Shown piece after piece: positions 40,529 to 50,426 of a DNA stretch of 64,000 bases. The stretch covers positions 1,664,001 through 1,728,000 of the forward strand of contig CAXXQS010000002.1 in the NCBI GenBank assembly GCA_963674735.2, given 5' to 3'. This DNA is from Myxococcota bacterium. Its GTDB lineage: Bacteria; Myxococcota_A; SURF-8. Under the pieces are notes generated by a model, which was not told the origin of the DNA, did no database searches, and saw nothing but the letters and a program-made list of their open reading frames with translations. The stretch's first letter is position 1, and each line of letters starts with the position of its first letter. A program made the position numbers and the translations under genes.

Positions 40529-42130
40529 ATGCCTTCCGGATTTAAGCAAATGTTTGGTGATTTGGGCAAGCTTTACGGCGAACTCAATACCAACAAGAAA
40601 GTCATCATCGGTTCGGTGTTGGCGCTGATGATTACGGGCTTTGTGTATTTGATCGCCTTCGCCGATATGGTGGACTACGATTACCTGTTCACCAATATCA
40701 ACGAAGACGATGCGGGTGGGATTGTCAATTATCTGAAAGAAAAAAATATCCCTTTCAAGCTGGAAAGCCGCGCGGTTATGGTTCCGCGTCAGAAAGTGCA
40801 TGAGTTGCGGATGCAGCTGGCGGCAGAAGGGCTGCCGAAGGGCGAAGGGGTCGGGTTTGAAGTCTTCGATAAACAGAAGCTGGGAACCAGCAAATTCGTT
40901 CAGGACTTGAATCTGAAGCGAGCCCTTCAAGGGGAACTGGCACGGACGATCTCTCAGTTGGAAAAAGTCGAGATCGCTCGCGTTCACCTGGTGATGCCGA
41001 AGAAAACGCTGTTTAAAGAAGATGCCGTCGAGCCGAGCGCTTCGGTGGTAGTCAAGATGAAGGAGAACCAGAAGCTCACGGGTGATGAAGTTAAATCCAT
41101 GATTCATCTGGTCAGTTCCGCTGTTGAAAATCTGAATCCCAAAAACATCACGATTATCGATTCCGGCGGCAAGATGCTTTCCCGCGCGGCCAACGAGAAT
41201 GAAGAGAGCATTTTCGGATCGACTCCGTTGGAATATAAAAAGAATGTCGAGCGGGATTTGGCCGGCCGGGTGGAGGAAGTGGTCAGCCATATGGTCGGTT
41301 CCGGCAAAGTTGTGGCGAAAGTTACGGTGGAGCTGGATTTCAAAAAAGAAGAAAAAACCGAGGAAATGTTCGACCCGGACCAAGTGGTCGTGAGATCCGA
41401 ACGTCGAATCAAGGAAGCCCGAAAGAACGATGAAAACGTTGCCGGTGGTGTGCCGGGAACGCAGTCCAATACGCCTCAAGGTCCAGAAACCGCCGGAAAT
41501 CAGACATCTAACAGCGAGCGCGAGCGCCAGTTGGTTAATTACGAAATCAACAAGGTTGTGCGCCATACGGTGCGTGCCGCCGGAGATGTCAAGCGCTTGT
41601 CGGTAGCGGTATTGGTGGACGGAACCTACGAGCAGAAGGACGTGGATGGGGAACTGCAGAATAAATATGTTTCACGTAGCCCGGAAGAGCTTGATAAAAT
41701 TACCGCTTTGGTGAAAAGAGTGGTGGGCTATTCCGGTATCCGGGGTGATGAAGTCGCCGTCACCAACGTTCCGTTTGAAACGTCGATTCTGGACAGCGAG
41801 GAATCTCCGCAGACGTTCCTGGAAAAATACGATTTCATTCCGCAGGTGTTGCGCTACGGGATTATCCTGGTGCTCGCGATGGTGATGGTATTCTTCCTTT
41901 TCCGCCCTCTGGTTGAGTGGGTGATTTCCTTCCACGAGGAAGAACGTTTACGAGATATCGAGCGCCAGCAGGAAGACGTGGTGAAATCGATGGAGGAGCA
42001 GCTCATGGAGGTGCGTCAGACCATCGAGACGACGACGGTGGAGCATAAGAATAAGGTCAAAGAACTGGCAACGCAGGCGCCCGAGATGGTGGCGTCGGTG
42101 GTTCGTGCCTGGATCAATGCCGAGGAATAG
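40529..42130 (+). CDS. fliF: Flagellar MS-ring protein FliF
   Basis: GVGFEVFD, RALQGELARTI, ARVHLVMP, GGVPG and RLSVAVLVDG. Confidence 0.96.
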   Translation: MPSGFKQMFGDLGKLYGELNTNKKVIIGSVLALMITGFVYLIAFADMVDYDYLFTNINEDDAGGIVNYLKEKNIPFKLESRAVMVPRQKVHELRMQLAAEGLPKGEGVGFEVFDKQKLGTSKFVQDLNLKRALQGELARTISQLEKVEIARVHLVMPKKTLFKEDAVEPSASVVVKMKENQKLTGDEVKSMIHLVSSAVENLNPKNITIIDSGGKMLSRAANENEESIFGSTPLEYKKNVERDLAGRVEEVVSHMVGSGKVVAKVTVELDFKKEEKTEEMFDPDQVVVRSERRIKEARKNDENVAGGVPGTQSNTPQGPETAGNQTSNSERERQLVNYEINKVVRHTVRAAGDVKRLSVAVLVDGTYEQKDVDGELQNKYVSRSPEELDKITALVKRVVGYSGIRGDEVAVTNVPFETSILDSEESPQTFLEKYDFIPQVLRYGIILVLAMVMVFFLFRPLVEWVISFHEEERLRDIERQQEDVVKSMEEQLMEVRQTIETTTVEHKNKVKELATQAPEMVASVVRAWINAEE

Positions 42131-42133
42131 ACC

Positions 42134-43126
42134 ATGGCGGCGTTAACTCAGCTTCAAAAAGCGGTTCTGATTATCGTATCTCTAGGTAAAGAGGATGCGG
42201 TGGGCGTAATCAAGTCGCTGTCCAATCGGGAAATCAAGCGGCTTTCCAGCGCCGTCGGTAGCGTCTCGAAAGTGACACCGGAAGAAGTGATGGAGGTGCT
42301 GGAGGAATTTCTCACCGAAGTCAGCGGAGATACAGGATTTTTGGCATCCGGTGAAGAGTGGATGAAAGATGTCATCGAAAAAGCGATTGGATCCAACAAG
42401 GCCCAACATCTTCTCCGAGGATTGGGCCCGAAGCAGAAAGTATTCGATTCACTTTTCGATATTGACACCAACACGCTCGCCAACCTCATTCGCAAAGAGC
42501 ATCCACAGACACAAGCTTTGATTCTGGCCCATCTCGATCCTTCCAAGGCGGCGGAAGTGTTGCCGCTTCTTTCGGATCAGGAGCAGGTGGACATCGTTTT
42601 ACGTATTGCCAAAATCAGCACGATCCATCCCGATCTCATTCACGAGATCGAGGACGCCTTGATGGAGGAGATCCAGATGATGGGTACCCTCACCACGGCC
42701 GAGGCCGGCGGCGTCGATATGGTGGTGGATATGTTGAATATTATGGAAAAGAAAACGGAAAAGACGATTCTCGAAGGAGTCGAGCAGGAAAATCCGAAAC
42801 TGGCCGAAGAAATCAAGAACCTGATGTTTGTGTTCGAGGATTTGATTCGCCTGGACGATCGTTCGCTGCAAATGGTTATGCGTGAGGTGGAATCTTCACA
42901 GTTGGTCGTAGCCATGAAGGCGGCTCAAGAAGAAATGCGGGAGCGTATCTATGGCAATATCTCGCAGCGTGCTTCTCAGATGCTACGTGAAGATCTCGAA
43001 GGTCTGGGTCCGGTCAAGCTTAGTGAAGTGGAAAAAGCCCAGAGCGAGATCGTGAAGATTGCCCTGCGCTTGGAGGAAGAGGGCCAGATCGTGGTGAGTG
43101 CGGGCTCGGAGGAAGAGTATGTCTGA
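42134..43126 (+). CDS. fliG: Flagellar motor switch protein FliG
   Basis: EHPQT.ALIL, MFVFEDL and GPVKLSEVE.AQ. Confidence 0.96.
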   Translation: MAALTQLQKAVLIIVSLGKEDAVGVIKSLSNREIKRLSSAVGSVSKVTPEEVMEVLEEFLTEVSGDTGFLASGEEWMKDVIEKAIGSNKAQHLLRGLGPKQKVFDSLFDIDTNTLANLIRKEHPQTQALILAHLDPSKAAEVLPLLSDQEQVDIVLRIAKISTIHPDLIHEIEDALMEEIQMMGTLTTAEAGGVDMVVDMLNIMEKKTEKTILEGVEQENPKLAEEIKNLMFVFEDLIRLDDRSLQMVMREVESSQLVVAMKAAQEEMRERIYGNISQRASQMLREDLEGLGPVKLSEVEKAQSEIVKIALRLEEEGQIVVSAGSEEEYV

Positions 43127-43910
43127 TATCATCCGCTCCGAACGTCTTGCCGGGATGGGGGTGGAGAATATGGTCTTTGAGGAGATCACTGAAACCCATC
43201 AGATCTCCCAGCTTGTTCTGGCTCAAAATCGAAATAAAGAACAATTCGATTCGTTACCGGATGGCGATGAATCGCAATCGGGTCGCGGAGAACAGCACGA
43301 GCCTTCGGACATACAGGATGTGGTGGATGAGTCGATGCCGTCCGAGAGCGCGGCAAGTATGGGCTTGGCCGAGATCAAAGCCGATCTGCAGCGAATGATC
43401 GAGGCCATTCAGACGAACGAAGCCCGTATTCAGGAAGCCTATGAACGTGGGTTGGAAGAAGGCGTGCGCAGAGCCACGGAAGCGCAAAGCGAATTGGCTG
43501 AACAGTATGTTTACGGTCTTGAGCGTCTTGAAATGTTGGGCCGTACCCTGGATGTGTTGGCGCGTCATGAAACGCTTGAAATCGCCCTTCTGATTTCAAA
43601 GCGGATTTTGCAGAAGGAAATTACGACAGAACCGATGCTCTTGATCGAACTGGTGAAACGGGTGGCGGCTGAAACCATGGGTCGCAAGGAACTGACGATT
43701 CGTCTGCACCCTGAAGATTTAGTGGTAATTCGGGCGCAGGCACCCAATCTGTCCGATCATTTTCCGGCCGTTGCGGAAATCACATTGGCGGAGGATCCCT
43801 CGCTTGAGCGAGGCGACTGCATTGTCGATACGGAAGTGGAGCAGATTAATCTCTCGTTGGAAGAACAACTTTCGGCGATCAAGCGCGCCATCGAGGAGGA
43901 AATCCAGTGA
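43119..43910 (+). CDS. fliH: Flagellar assembly protein FliH
   Basis: AYERGLEEG, IRLHPEDL and DPSLERGDC; lies between fliG and fliI. Confidence 0.85.
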   Translation: MSDIIRSERLAGMGVENMVFEEITETHQISQLVLAQNRNKEQFDSLPDGDESQSGRGEQHEPSDIQDVVDESMPSESAASMGLAEIKADLQRMIEAIQTNEARIQEAYERGLEEGVRRATEAQSELAEQYVYGLERLEMLGRTLDVLARHETLEIALLISKRILQKEITTEPMLLIELVKRVAAETMGRKELTIRLHPEDLVVIRAQAPNLSDHFPAVAEITLAEDPSLERGDCIVDTEVEQINLSLEEQLSAIKRAIEEEIQ

Positions 43911-45250
43911 GCCTGTTCCGGATGGACAACCTGGCGGCGACGATCGAGCGCACCGAGCCTTACACCATGCGCGGAAAAGTGCAGAAGGTAGTCGGTATGG
44001 TGGTCGAGGGTTATGCGCCGCGCGCGAAAGTAGGCTCGCTCTGCCGCATCTTTCCGGGTCCGGGCGTAACGCCGATTATGGCGGAAGTTGTCGGATTTCG
44101 CGGACATACGGCGCTGATGATGGCGCTTGGCGATATTCGCGGCGTGCGTATGGGTTCCACCATCGAGGTGGCCACCGTCGAAACAACCCTGTCTGTCGGA
44201 CCGCGTTTGCTGGGTCGGGTGGTGGACGGAATGGGGCAACCGCTGGATGGCAAAGGCCCCCTGAACCTGACGGATTCCATCCCTCTGTATGGAACGCCTT
44301 TGAACCCGTTGCAGCGGCGTCCGATCACCGAGAAGCTGGAGCTTGGGGTGCGTACGATCGATGGACTGATGACCTGCGGTAAAGGCCAGCGCATGGCGAT
44401 CATGGCCGGTTCCGGAGTCGGAAAGTCGGTTTTAATGGGCATGATCGCGCAGAACACGCGGGCGGATGTCAAAGTTATCGCTCTGATCGGCGAACGTGGC
44501 CGTGAAGTGAACAATTTCATTAACAATATCTTGACCGATAAAGGGCTGGCCACCTCTGTGGTTATTGCAGCTGCTTCCGACCAGCCACCGTTGATTCGTA
44601 TGCGTGGCGCTTTTGTCGCGACCGCTATCGCCGAATATTTCCGGGACCAGGGTCTTTCCGTTTTGTTGATGATGGATTCCATTACGCGTTTTGCCATGGC
44701 CCAACGTGAAATTGGCCTGGCGGTTGGTGAGCCGCCGACGACCAAAGGATATACGCCCTCCGTTTTTGCGGCGTTGCCCAAACTTTTGGAACGGGCCGGG
44801 ACAGCTTCGGGGGCAGGTACGATTACCGGTCTCTATACCGTTCTGGTGGAAGCCGATGATATGAATGACCCGGTGGCGGATTCGGTGCGCTCCATTCTGG
44901 ATGGACATATTGCCCTCTCTCGTGAAATGGCACAGCGAAATGTTTACCCGGCGGTGGATATTCTGGCATCGATTTCGCGTGTTATGAATGAGGTGGTGGA
45001 TGACCGCCATCAGGCTTTGGCCAATCGAATTCGCGAACTTTTAGCAAGTTATAGCAAGGCGGAAGATCTGATCAATATCGGAGCCTATGTCAAAGGCAAC
45101 AATCCGAAGATCGATGAAGCTCTGGCGCGTATCGACGATATTATCGCTTTTCAGCGACAAGGTATGCGAGAGCGTACGGATATGAAGACCGCGTTCAATG
45201 CCATGGAGGCGATTGTCAGCTCGGAAAGTCACAAGGAGGCGTCTGCGTGA
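43907..45250 (+). CDS. fliI: Flagellar export ATPase FliI
   Basis: AGSGVGKS, LIGERGREV, MDSITRFAMAQREIGL..GEPP and GYTPSVF. Confidence 0.96.
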   Translation: MSLFRMDNLAATIERTEPYTMRGKVQKVVGMVVEGYAPRAKVGSLCRIFPGPGVTPIMAEVVGFRGHTALMMALGDIRGVRMGSTIEVATVETTLSVGPRLLGRVVDGMGQPLDGKGPLNLTDSIPLYGTPLNPLQRRPITEKLELGVRTIDGLMTCGKGQRMAIMAGSGVGKSVLMGMIAQNTRADVKVIALIGERGREVNNFINNILTDKGLATSVVIAAASDQPPLIRMRGAFVATAIAEYFRDQGLSVLLMMDSITRFAMAQREIGLAVGEPPTTKGYTPSVFAALPKLLERAGTASGAGTITGLYTVLVEADDMNDPVADSVRSILDGHIALSREMAQRNVYPAVDILASISRVMNEVVDDRHQALANRIRELLASYSKAEDLINIGAYVKGNNPKIDEALARIDDIIAFQRQGMRERTDMKTAFNAMEAIVSSESHKEASA

Positions 45251-46002
45251 AAAAGGTCTATTTTCCCAATATGGTACCCAATCGTCGCTTAACCCGACCC
45301 CGGATTCTGCTGCTTGGTGGATTGCTTGGATTGGGGGTTTTCCTGCTTATCAGTCAGATAAACGAGGCAACCCAGGCGGACCTCTTGGATGCCATCGGTA
45401 CTCAGCCCGCTCAGGCGCAGGAAAAACTTCCGGCGAATGCGAATCTTAAAGAAGAAAATCCTGCCGATAATACGCAGGTTACCATCAACGCCCAGAAAAA
45501 AATCGACGATAAAGTTCAGGAAGGCGTTACATCGCAGGCTAGTGTTTCTCTGCAACAACGGAAAGCAAAAGAAGACGAGCTGGAGTTCAGGGAAAGTAAA
45601 CTAGGTGAAATTAAAAATGAAATTACCGATACCCTCACGACCATGCGCCGATTGCAAAACAACCTGGATATCAAGCTGAAAGAACAGCGATCGGACAACA
45701 TGAATGTGCGGGATCAACGTCTCGCAAAGCTGATCAAGATCGTAAACAGCATGCGTGCTGAAGAAGCGGCCCGTGTGTTGCCTGCCATGGAAGAGGATCT
45801 GGCGGTTAAAATTTTGGCATCCTTGTCGGGAGCCAAGGCAAGTAAAATCATGGGTGGATTGCCACCGGAGAAAGCAGCGGTGTTATCGGCGAAAATGGTG
45901 CAGCTCAAACCCGATGTTCGGCTGAAATACATCATGAAAAACTGGAAACAAATGGTCGAAGAAGAGGATAATCGTGGAAAAGCCCAGTCTAATCAAGAGT
46001 GA
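45247..46002 (+). CDS. MotE/FlbB-like protein (TM, coiled coil, MgtE-N-like domain)
   Basis: M.AEEAARVL..M...LAVKIL..L...KASKIM..LPPEKAA.LS. Confidence 0.75.
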   Translation: MKKVYFPNMVPNRRLTRPRILLLGGLLGLGVFLLISQINEATQADLLDAIGTQPAQAQEKLPANANLKEENPADNTQVTINAQKKIDDKVQEGVTSQASVSLQQRKAKEDELEFRESKLGEIKNEITDTLTTMRRLQNNLDIKLKEQRSDNMNVRDQRLAKLIKIVNSMRAEEAARVLPAMEEDLAVKILASLSGAKASKIMGGLPPEKAAVLSAKMVQLKPDVRLKYIMKNWKQMVEEEDNRGKAQSNQE

Positions 46003-47611
46003 GCCGGTCAAGCCGGTCGAGAGTGTGGCGGACTATACTTCGATTACGCATGGGGTGCAGCCGGAATCCGGATTCAACGTGATTTTGGATGATTTGCACA
46101 AAGAAGTTGAAGGGAAATCGGCCACAGAAACCGAGAAACCCGGAAAAAAAGCGGCAGATGCCGCCGCCTCCCAAGCGGATCCGAAAGCTAACGGCGTGAA
46201 GTTGGGTTTCGCTTCTGCCAAAGGGCTGAAATCACCTTCGCTTTTGCAGCATCGTGCCGAAAAGGCTGCGCCTGGGCATCGGGCAGAAAGTCTCAAACGG
46301 CAAACGGTGGGTGGAACGATTCAAAAGGGACATCTGGAGCCCGCAAGCGATTGGGAAAAAGCGCAACTCACCAAAAACAAATCGGTTTTGTCGGTGGTTG
46401 GTGGGCGTAACCGTATTGAAGGGGAAGCGCTGGATTCCGCTGCGCCGCCCGATGGCCGGACAGCTCCGGTGACGTCGAAGCAGCAACTCAAAACGGGTTT
46501 GGACTTGAACGGCCGATCGGAAAGTCAGCGGGCGGACGGCTCGCCGATTTTTCGAACCGAAGAAGGTGTAGCGCGGGTTGTGGACGCGAAGAATCCGGAG
46601 AATTCCGCTGCAACCTATCTGAAAGAGGATGCATCTGAAAAGCAGATTCTGGAAGCGGCACAGAAGTCAGTCGAGAAAAAGCTGAACGATCAGGAAGCGC
46701 CGCGAACGGTGCGGGAGGCCTTCGTTCGACAAAACGAGCAAACCCGGACGGAGGCAACGGCCCGCGTTACGGTTGGCGTGAAAGACAACGAAGCCAAGTT
46801 GGTTCAGGATCTACTTGATAAAAGCGCTCCTTCCAAGGAACGAAACAGTCGGGATGGCAACATCAAGGCTGTTGCCGAGTCGAAAGGCAAAACCGCGAGT
46901 GACACGCGGGCGCAGTCCCGCCAGGCAACCGCAGCGGAAGAGGTGAAGACCGAGCAGAGCCAGGAGAACAAAGAGGCGGAACGTCCGGTAGCTGCGGTGC
47001 AGACGGAACGTAACGAGGCTTTTGATTCACGGTCGGAAGAGGCGGCTTCTTTCCAGGTGAAAGGCGCATCACGACCGGAGTCCGCTGGGGCTTCCGTGGC
47101 TCGTGAGGCTCATGCCGCAATGGCGTCTGTTACGGTGGAGGCGGGGGATGTGGCGCGTGCTCTGGAAAACGGGCAGCGGCCACAGGCGATTCAACGGATG
47201 ACGGAAGTCTTGAATGCGCGGATGAATTATATCGTCGAGAATGCTCGCCCGGAACTGCGCTTGCAACTGACACCACGCAATCTTGGAGATATTCAGATCC
47301 GGCTGGTGGAAATGAAGGCGGGTACCGAAGTGCGCGTGCGTGCCGAGCGTGAATCGGTGGGACGCGTCCTTGAATCGATCGTGCCGCAGATCGTTCAACA
47401 GCTAACACGAGCGGGCGTTCAGGTGCAGAGCGTCGATATCGATTATACAGGAATGGATTTCAATCAGGCTCCCAACGATGGTGATCCTTCGCAAGGCGGA
47501 ACGGACAACCCCTTCGCGTCGGATCATCCTCAACAGGAAGAGGCTCGGCCGGATGCGGCGATGAAGAGTAAGCCGTTTAAGGGCGAAGACGGCATCGATG
47601 TCGTTGCCTGA
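45974..47611 (+). CDS. fliK: Flagellar hook-length control protein FliK
   Basis: Low-complexity N-terminus; C-terminal LRLQLTPRNLGDIQIRL; lies upstream of flgD. Confidence 0.85.
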   Translation: MEKPSLIKSEPVKPVESVADYTSITHGVQPESGFNVILDDLHKEVEGKSATETEKPGKKAADAAASQADPKANGVKLGFASAKGLKSPSLLQHRAEKAAPGHRAESLKRQTVGGTIQKGHLEPASDWEKAQLTKNKSVLSVVGGRNRIEGEALDSAAPPDGRTAPVTSKQQLKTGLDLNGRSESQRADGSPIFRTEEGVARVVDAKNPENSAATYLKEDASEKQILEAAQKSVEKKLNDQEAPRTVREAFVRQNEQTRTEATARVTVGVKDNEAKLVQDLLDKSAPSKERNSRDGNIKAVAESKGKTASDTRAQSRQATAAEEVKTEQSQENKEAERPVAAVQTERNEAFDSRSEEAASFQVKGASRPESAGASVAREAHAAMASVTVEAGDVARALENGQRPQAIQRMTEVLNARMNYIVENARPELRLQLTPRNLGDIQIRLVEMKAGTEVRVRAERESVGRVLESIVPQIVQQLTRAGVQVQSVDIDYTGMDFNQAPNDGDPSQGGTDNPFASDHPQQEEARPDAAMKSKPFKGEDGIDVVA

Positions 47612-47670
47612 CCGAGCCGGGATGCGTTGAATGGCGCATCATCAGATCACGCGAAAGGAGGTGAAATAAC

Positions 47671-48342
47671 ATGAGTTCAATCAATGATGTTCTGAACACT
47701 CAGGCGTCCACTTTCGACACGAGCACCGCGACCGGGTCCACCGAAATGGGGAAAGAGCAGTTCTTGCAATTGCTGGTCACCCAGTTGGAAAATCAGGATC
47801 CAATGAATCCGATGAACAACGAAGAGTTTGTGGCTCAGTTGGCGCAGTTCTCCAGCCTGGAACAGCTGGTGAATGTCAACGAACGGCTCGATTCCATGTC
47901 GATGTCCATTCTGTCTCAGAATAGCGCATCGGCCGTCAATTTCATCGGCAAAGATGTGGCGGCGATGGCGGATTGGGTCGAGTATGCGGGCGAAGGAACC
48001 GAGAGCGACATCAACTTTGACTTGTTGAGCGATGCCGAAGATGTCACATTGACTCTTAAGGACGATGCCGGCAAGACAATCAAGACGGTCAACCTTGGCG
48101 CGCAAAGTGAAGGACGTTCTACTTGGGCTTGGGACGGCAAGAACAGCGACGGTTCTCCGATGGAGGCCGGGACGTATCACGTTGAGATCACGGCTAAAAA
48201 TGCGGCCGGTGAGGATGTCAGCGGGTTCCATGTCGCACAAGGCCGCGTAACGGGCATTTCGTATGAAAACGGGTATCCCGAATTGTTGATCGGAGATCAG
48301 CGTTTGACGCTCTCCGATATCATTGAAGTCTTGGAGGACTGA
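47671..48342 (+). CDS. flgD: Flagellar hook capping protein FlgD
   Basis: FLQLLVTQLENQDPMNPM...FVAQLAQFSSLEQ and WDGKN. Confidence 0.96.
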   Translation: MSSINDVLNTQASTFDTSTATGSTEMGKEQFLQLLVTQLENQDPMNPMNNEEFVAQLAQFSSLEQLVNVNERLDSMSMSILSQNSASAVNFIGKDVAAMADWVEYAGEGTESDINFDLLSDAEDVTLTLKDDAGKTIKTVNLGAQSEGRSTWAWDGKNSDGSPMEAGTYHVEITAKNAAGEDVSGFHVAQGRVTGISYENGYPELLIGDQRLTLSDIIEVLED

Positions 48343-48343
48343 T

Positions 48344-48742
48344 ATGACGGATCGCCTCAATCCAACCGGTGCGGCGGGAGTCGGCTTTTCCGAAAAGCCG
48401 AGCCAGAACGTCGCGCGTCCCGGTGAACGGGAGGCGGGCTCACCCGATTTTCAGACGCTTTTAGAGGAGGTTCAAAACGGTGAGATCGAGTTTTCGCGCC
48501 ATGCAAAGGAACGCATCGAGCGACGAGGAATCGAACTGACCAGCGATGATTTGGCGCTTCTGAAAGAAGGGGTTCGCCGCGCCGAAAGCAAAGGCTCGAA
48601 AGAGTCGCTTCTCTTAATGGACAACAATGCGTTTGTGGTCAATGTCGCCAACCGGACGGTGATTACGGCCATGGACCAGGAAGGAATGAAAGACAAAACG
48701 TTTACCAACATAGACAGCGCCATTTTGCTGTCTCGCAAGTGA
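48344..48742 (+). CDS. Flagellar operon protein (TIGR02530 family)
   Basis: FSRHAKERIERRGI, KGSKESLLL, V.NRTVITAMD and FTNIDSA. Confidence 0.9.
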   Translation: MTDRLNPTGAAGVGFSEKPSQNVARPGEREAGSPDFQTLLEEVQNGEIEFSRHAKERIERRGIELTSDDLALLKEGVRRAESKGSKESLLLMDNNAFVVNVANRTVITAMDQEGMKDKTFTNIDSAILLSRK

Positions 48743-48789
48743 CGGAACACAACGGAAACCGCACGGACGCGACATGACTGACATCACAT

Positions 48790-48819
48790 GAGGGCCGGCC
48801 CTCCTTCGAGGAGGCCCTC
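48790..48819 (+). promoter_or_regulatory. Structured hairpin in the flgE leader
   Basis: GAGGGCC-GGC-CCTC-CTTC-GAGG-A-GGCCCTC is a two-stem hairpin with an internal loop and no U-tract. Confidence 0.5.
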
Positions 48820-48861
48820 CAGGTCGCGCGGCTGCTTGCCGCCGACATCAAGGAGGTTTCC

Positions 48862-50145
48862 ATGTCGATCTACGGATCTCTTTACACCGGTATTTCCGGT
48901 TTGAACTCCAATGGCATGACCATGTCGGTTATCTCCGACAACATCGCCAACATGAACACCGTGGGCTTCAAACGCTCTCGTGCCAGTTTTCAGGACATCA
49001 TGGCCTATCCGGTCATCGGTGTGGGTACGGAATCGTATGTGGGTCGCGGCAACATGCTTTCCAAAGTAGACAACGAAATGACCCAGGGATCGTTGCAGAA
49101 CACCGGCAACGGGCTCGACCTGGCCATCCAGGGAAATGGGTTTTTCGTCGTACGCGGTGTTCAAGCAGGCCAGGACGCGAATTTCTATTCGCGAGCCGGG
49201 CAATTTCATGTCGATAACGAAGGATATATGGTGAATCTGAACAACATGCGCCTGCAGGGTTATGCCGCCGATGCTTCGGGCGACATTTCGACTGTTCTCG
49301 GCGATTTGCAGTTCAAAGATTCAACTTCCCCCGTCAGCGCTACCTCGACCGTGGATCTGTCGGTGAACCTGGATGCTGAAGCCGAAGCGATTCCGGCGGG
49401 TTTCGATGTGGCCGATCCCGAAAACACCAGCCATTTCTCCACGACCATCACGGTCTACGATTCCCTGGGTGCGGCCCGCGATGTGGCGGCCTATTTCACC
49501 AAGACGGCGGATGGCAGCTGGAGCTGGAATGCGGTTGTGGATGCATCCGATAGTGCCTCCGGCAACACGGAAATCCAGGCTTCGGGTACGCTGGCCTTCG
49601 ATACCGATGGTAAGCTGGTAACCGTTACTACGGCGTCGAATAGCTTCAATTTCGATGGAGCGACGGCAAACCAAGCGATTGAATTCGATTTCGGCGATCC
49701 GATTTCGGATGGGGGCTCCGGCTTGATCGGGTCGACACAGTTTGCCTCTTCCTCGACGGTTACGTCACAAGGGCAAGACGGTTATCCGGCAGGTGATCTG
49801 CAAACCGTCCTGATCGATGAGGAAGGCATGATTGTCGGAACCTTCACCAACGGTCAACGGCGCACCATGGGGCAGATCGCCCTGGCCGATTTCCGCGGAA
49901 ACGGTCTGCGTCGCATGGGGGGCAACCTTTGGCAAGCCACGACCGAAAGCGGGGATGCTTTGATCGGCGCGCCCAGCTCGGGCACTCGCGGTGGGATCAG
50001 TTCATCGCTGCTTGAGCAGTCCAACGTGGACTTGGCGAGCGAATTTGTGGATATGATCGTGGCCCAGCGCGGGTATCAGGCTAACAGCCGTACCATCACC
50101 ACGGCCGATCAGCTTCTTCAAGAGGCTTTGCAGATGAAGCGCTAA
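48862..50145 (+). CDS. flgE: Flagellar hook protein FlgE
   Basis: NIANMNTVGFK, DLAIQGNGFF, YSRAGQF and LEQSNVDLASEFVDMI.AQRGYQAN. Confidence 0.96.
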   Translation: MSIYGSLYTGISGLNSNGMTMSVISDNIANMNTVGFKRSRASFQDIMAYPVIGVGTESYVGRGNMLSKVDNEMTQGSLQNTGNGLDLAIQGNGFFVVRGVQAGQDANFYSRAGQFHVDNEGYMVNLNNMRLQGYAADASGDISTVLGDLQFKDSTSPVSATSTVDLSVNLDAEAEAIPAGFDVADPENTSHFSTTITVYDSLGAARDVAAYFTKTADGSWSWNAVVDASDSASGNTEIQASGTLAFDTDGKLVTVTTASNSFNFDGATANQAIEFDFGDPISDGGSGLIGSTQFASSSTVTSQGQDGYPAGDLQTVLIDEEGMIVGTFTNGQRRTMGQIALADFRGNGLRRMGGNLWQATTESGDALIGAPSSGTRGGISSSLLEQSNVDLASEFVDMIVAQRGYQANSRTITTADQLLQEALQMKR

Positions 50146-50169
50146 CGTGTCTGAAAAGACCGTATTGAA

Positions 50170-50199
50170 CCAAGGGCGGAGAGCAATCTCCGCCCTTGG
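50170..50199 (+). terminator. Strong hairpin after flgE (terminator or mRNA stabiliser)
   Basis: Perfect 13-bp stem CCAAGGGCGGAGA-GCAA-TCTCCGCCCTTGG; no clear U-tract. Confidence 0.6.
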
Positions 50200-50350
50200 C
50201 GCGTCAAGGCCCTGACACCTTTCGACAAACTTTGACAGATTCTGTTCGTTTGATCGATCCCCTTGGTTCAAGCTTGTAAACGTTAAATAAAAACAAGTGT
50301 AATTACATGGTGTTGCGCTTTTATGGGTGACGTTTTCCCCTAGCTCGACT

Positions 50351-50367
50351 TTGGCATATGGTTTGCA
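50351..50367 (+). promoter_or_regulatory. Sigma54 promoter of the motA operon
   Basis: TTGGCATATGGTTTGCA consensus with an AT-rich upstream region. Confidence 0.85.
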
Positions 50368-50426
50368 CTTTCGGCCATTGGTTTGTTTTGTTTCACGGCT
50401 CATTTTGACTATGGAGAAAGAGACTT

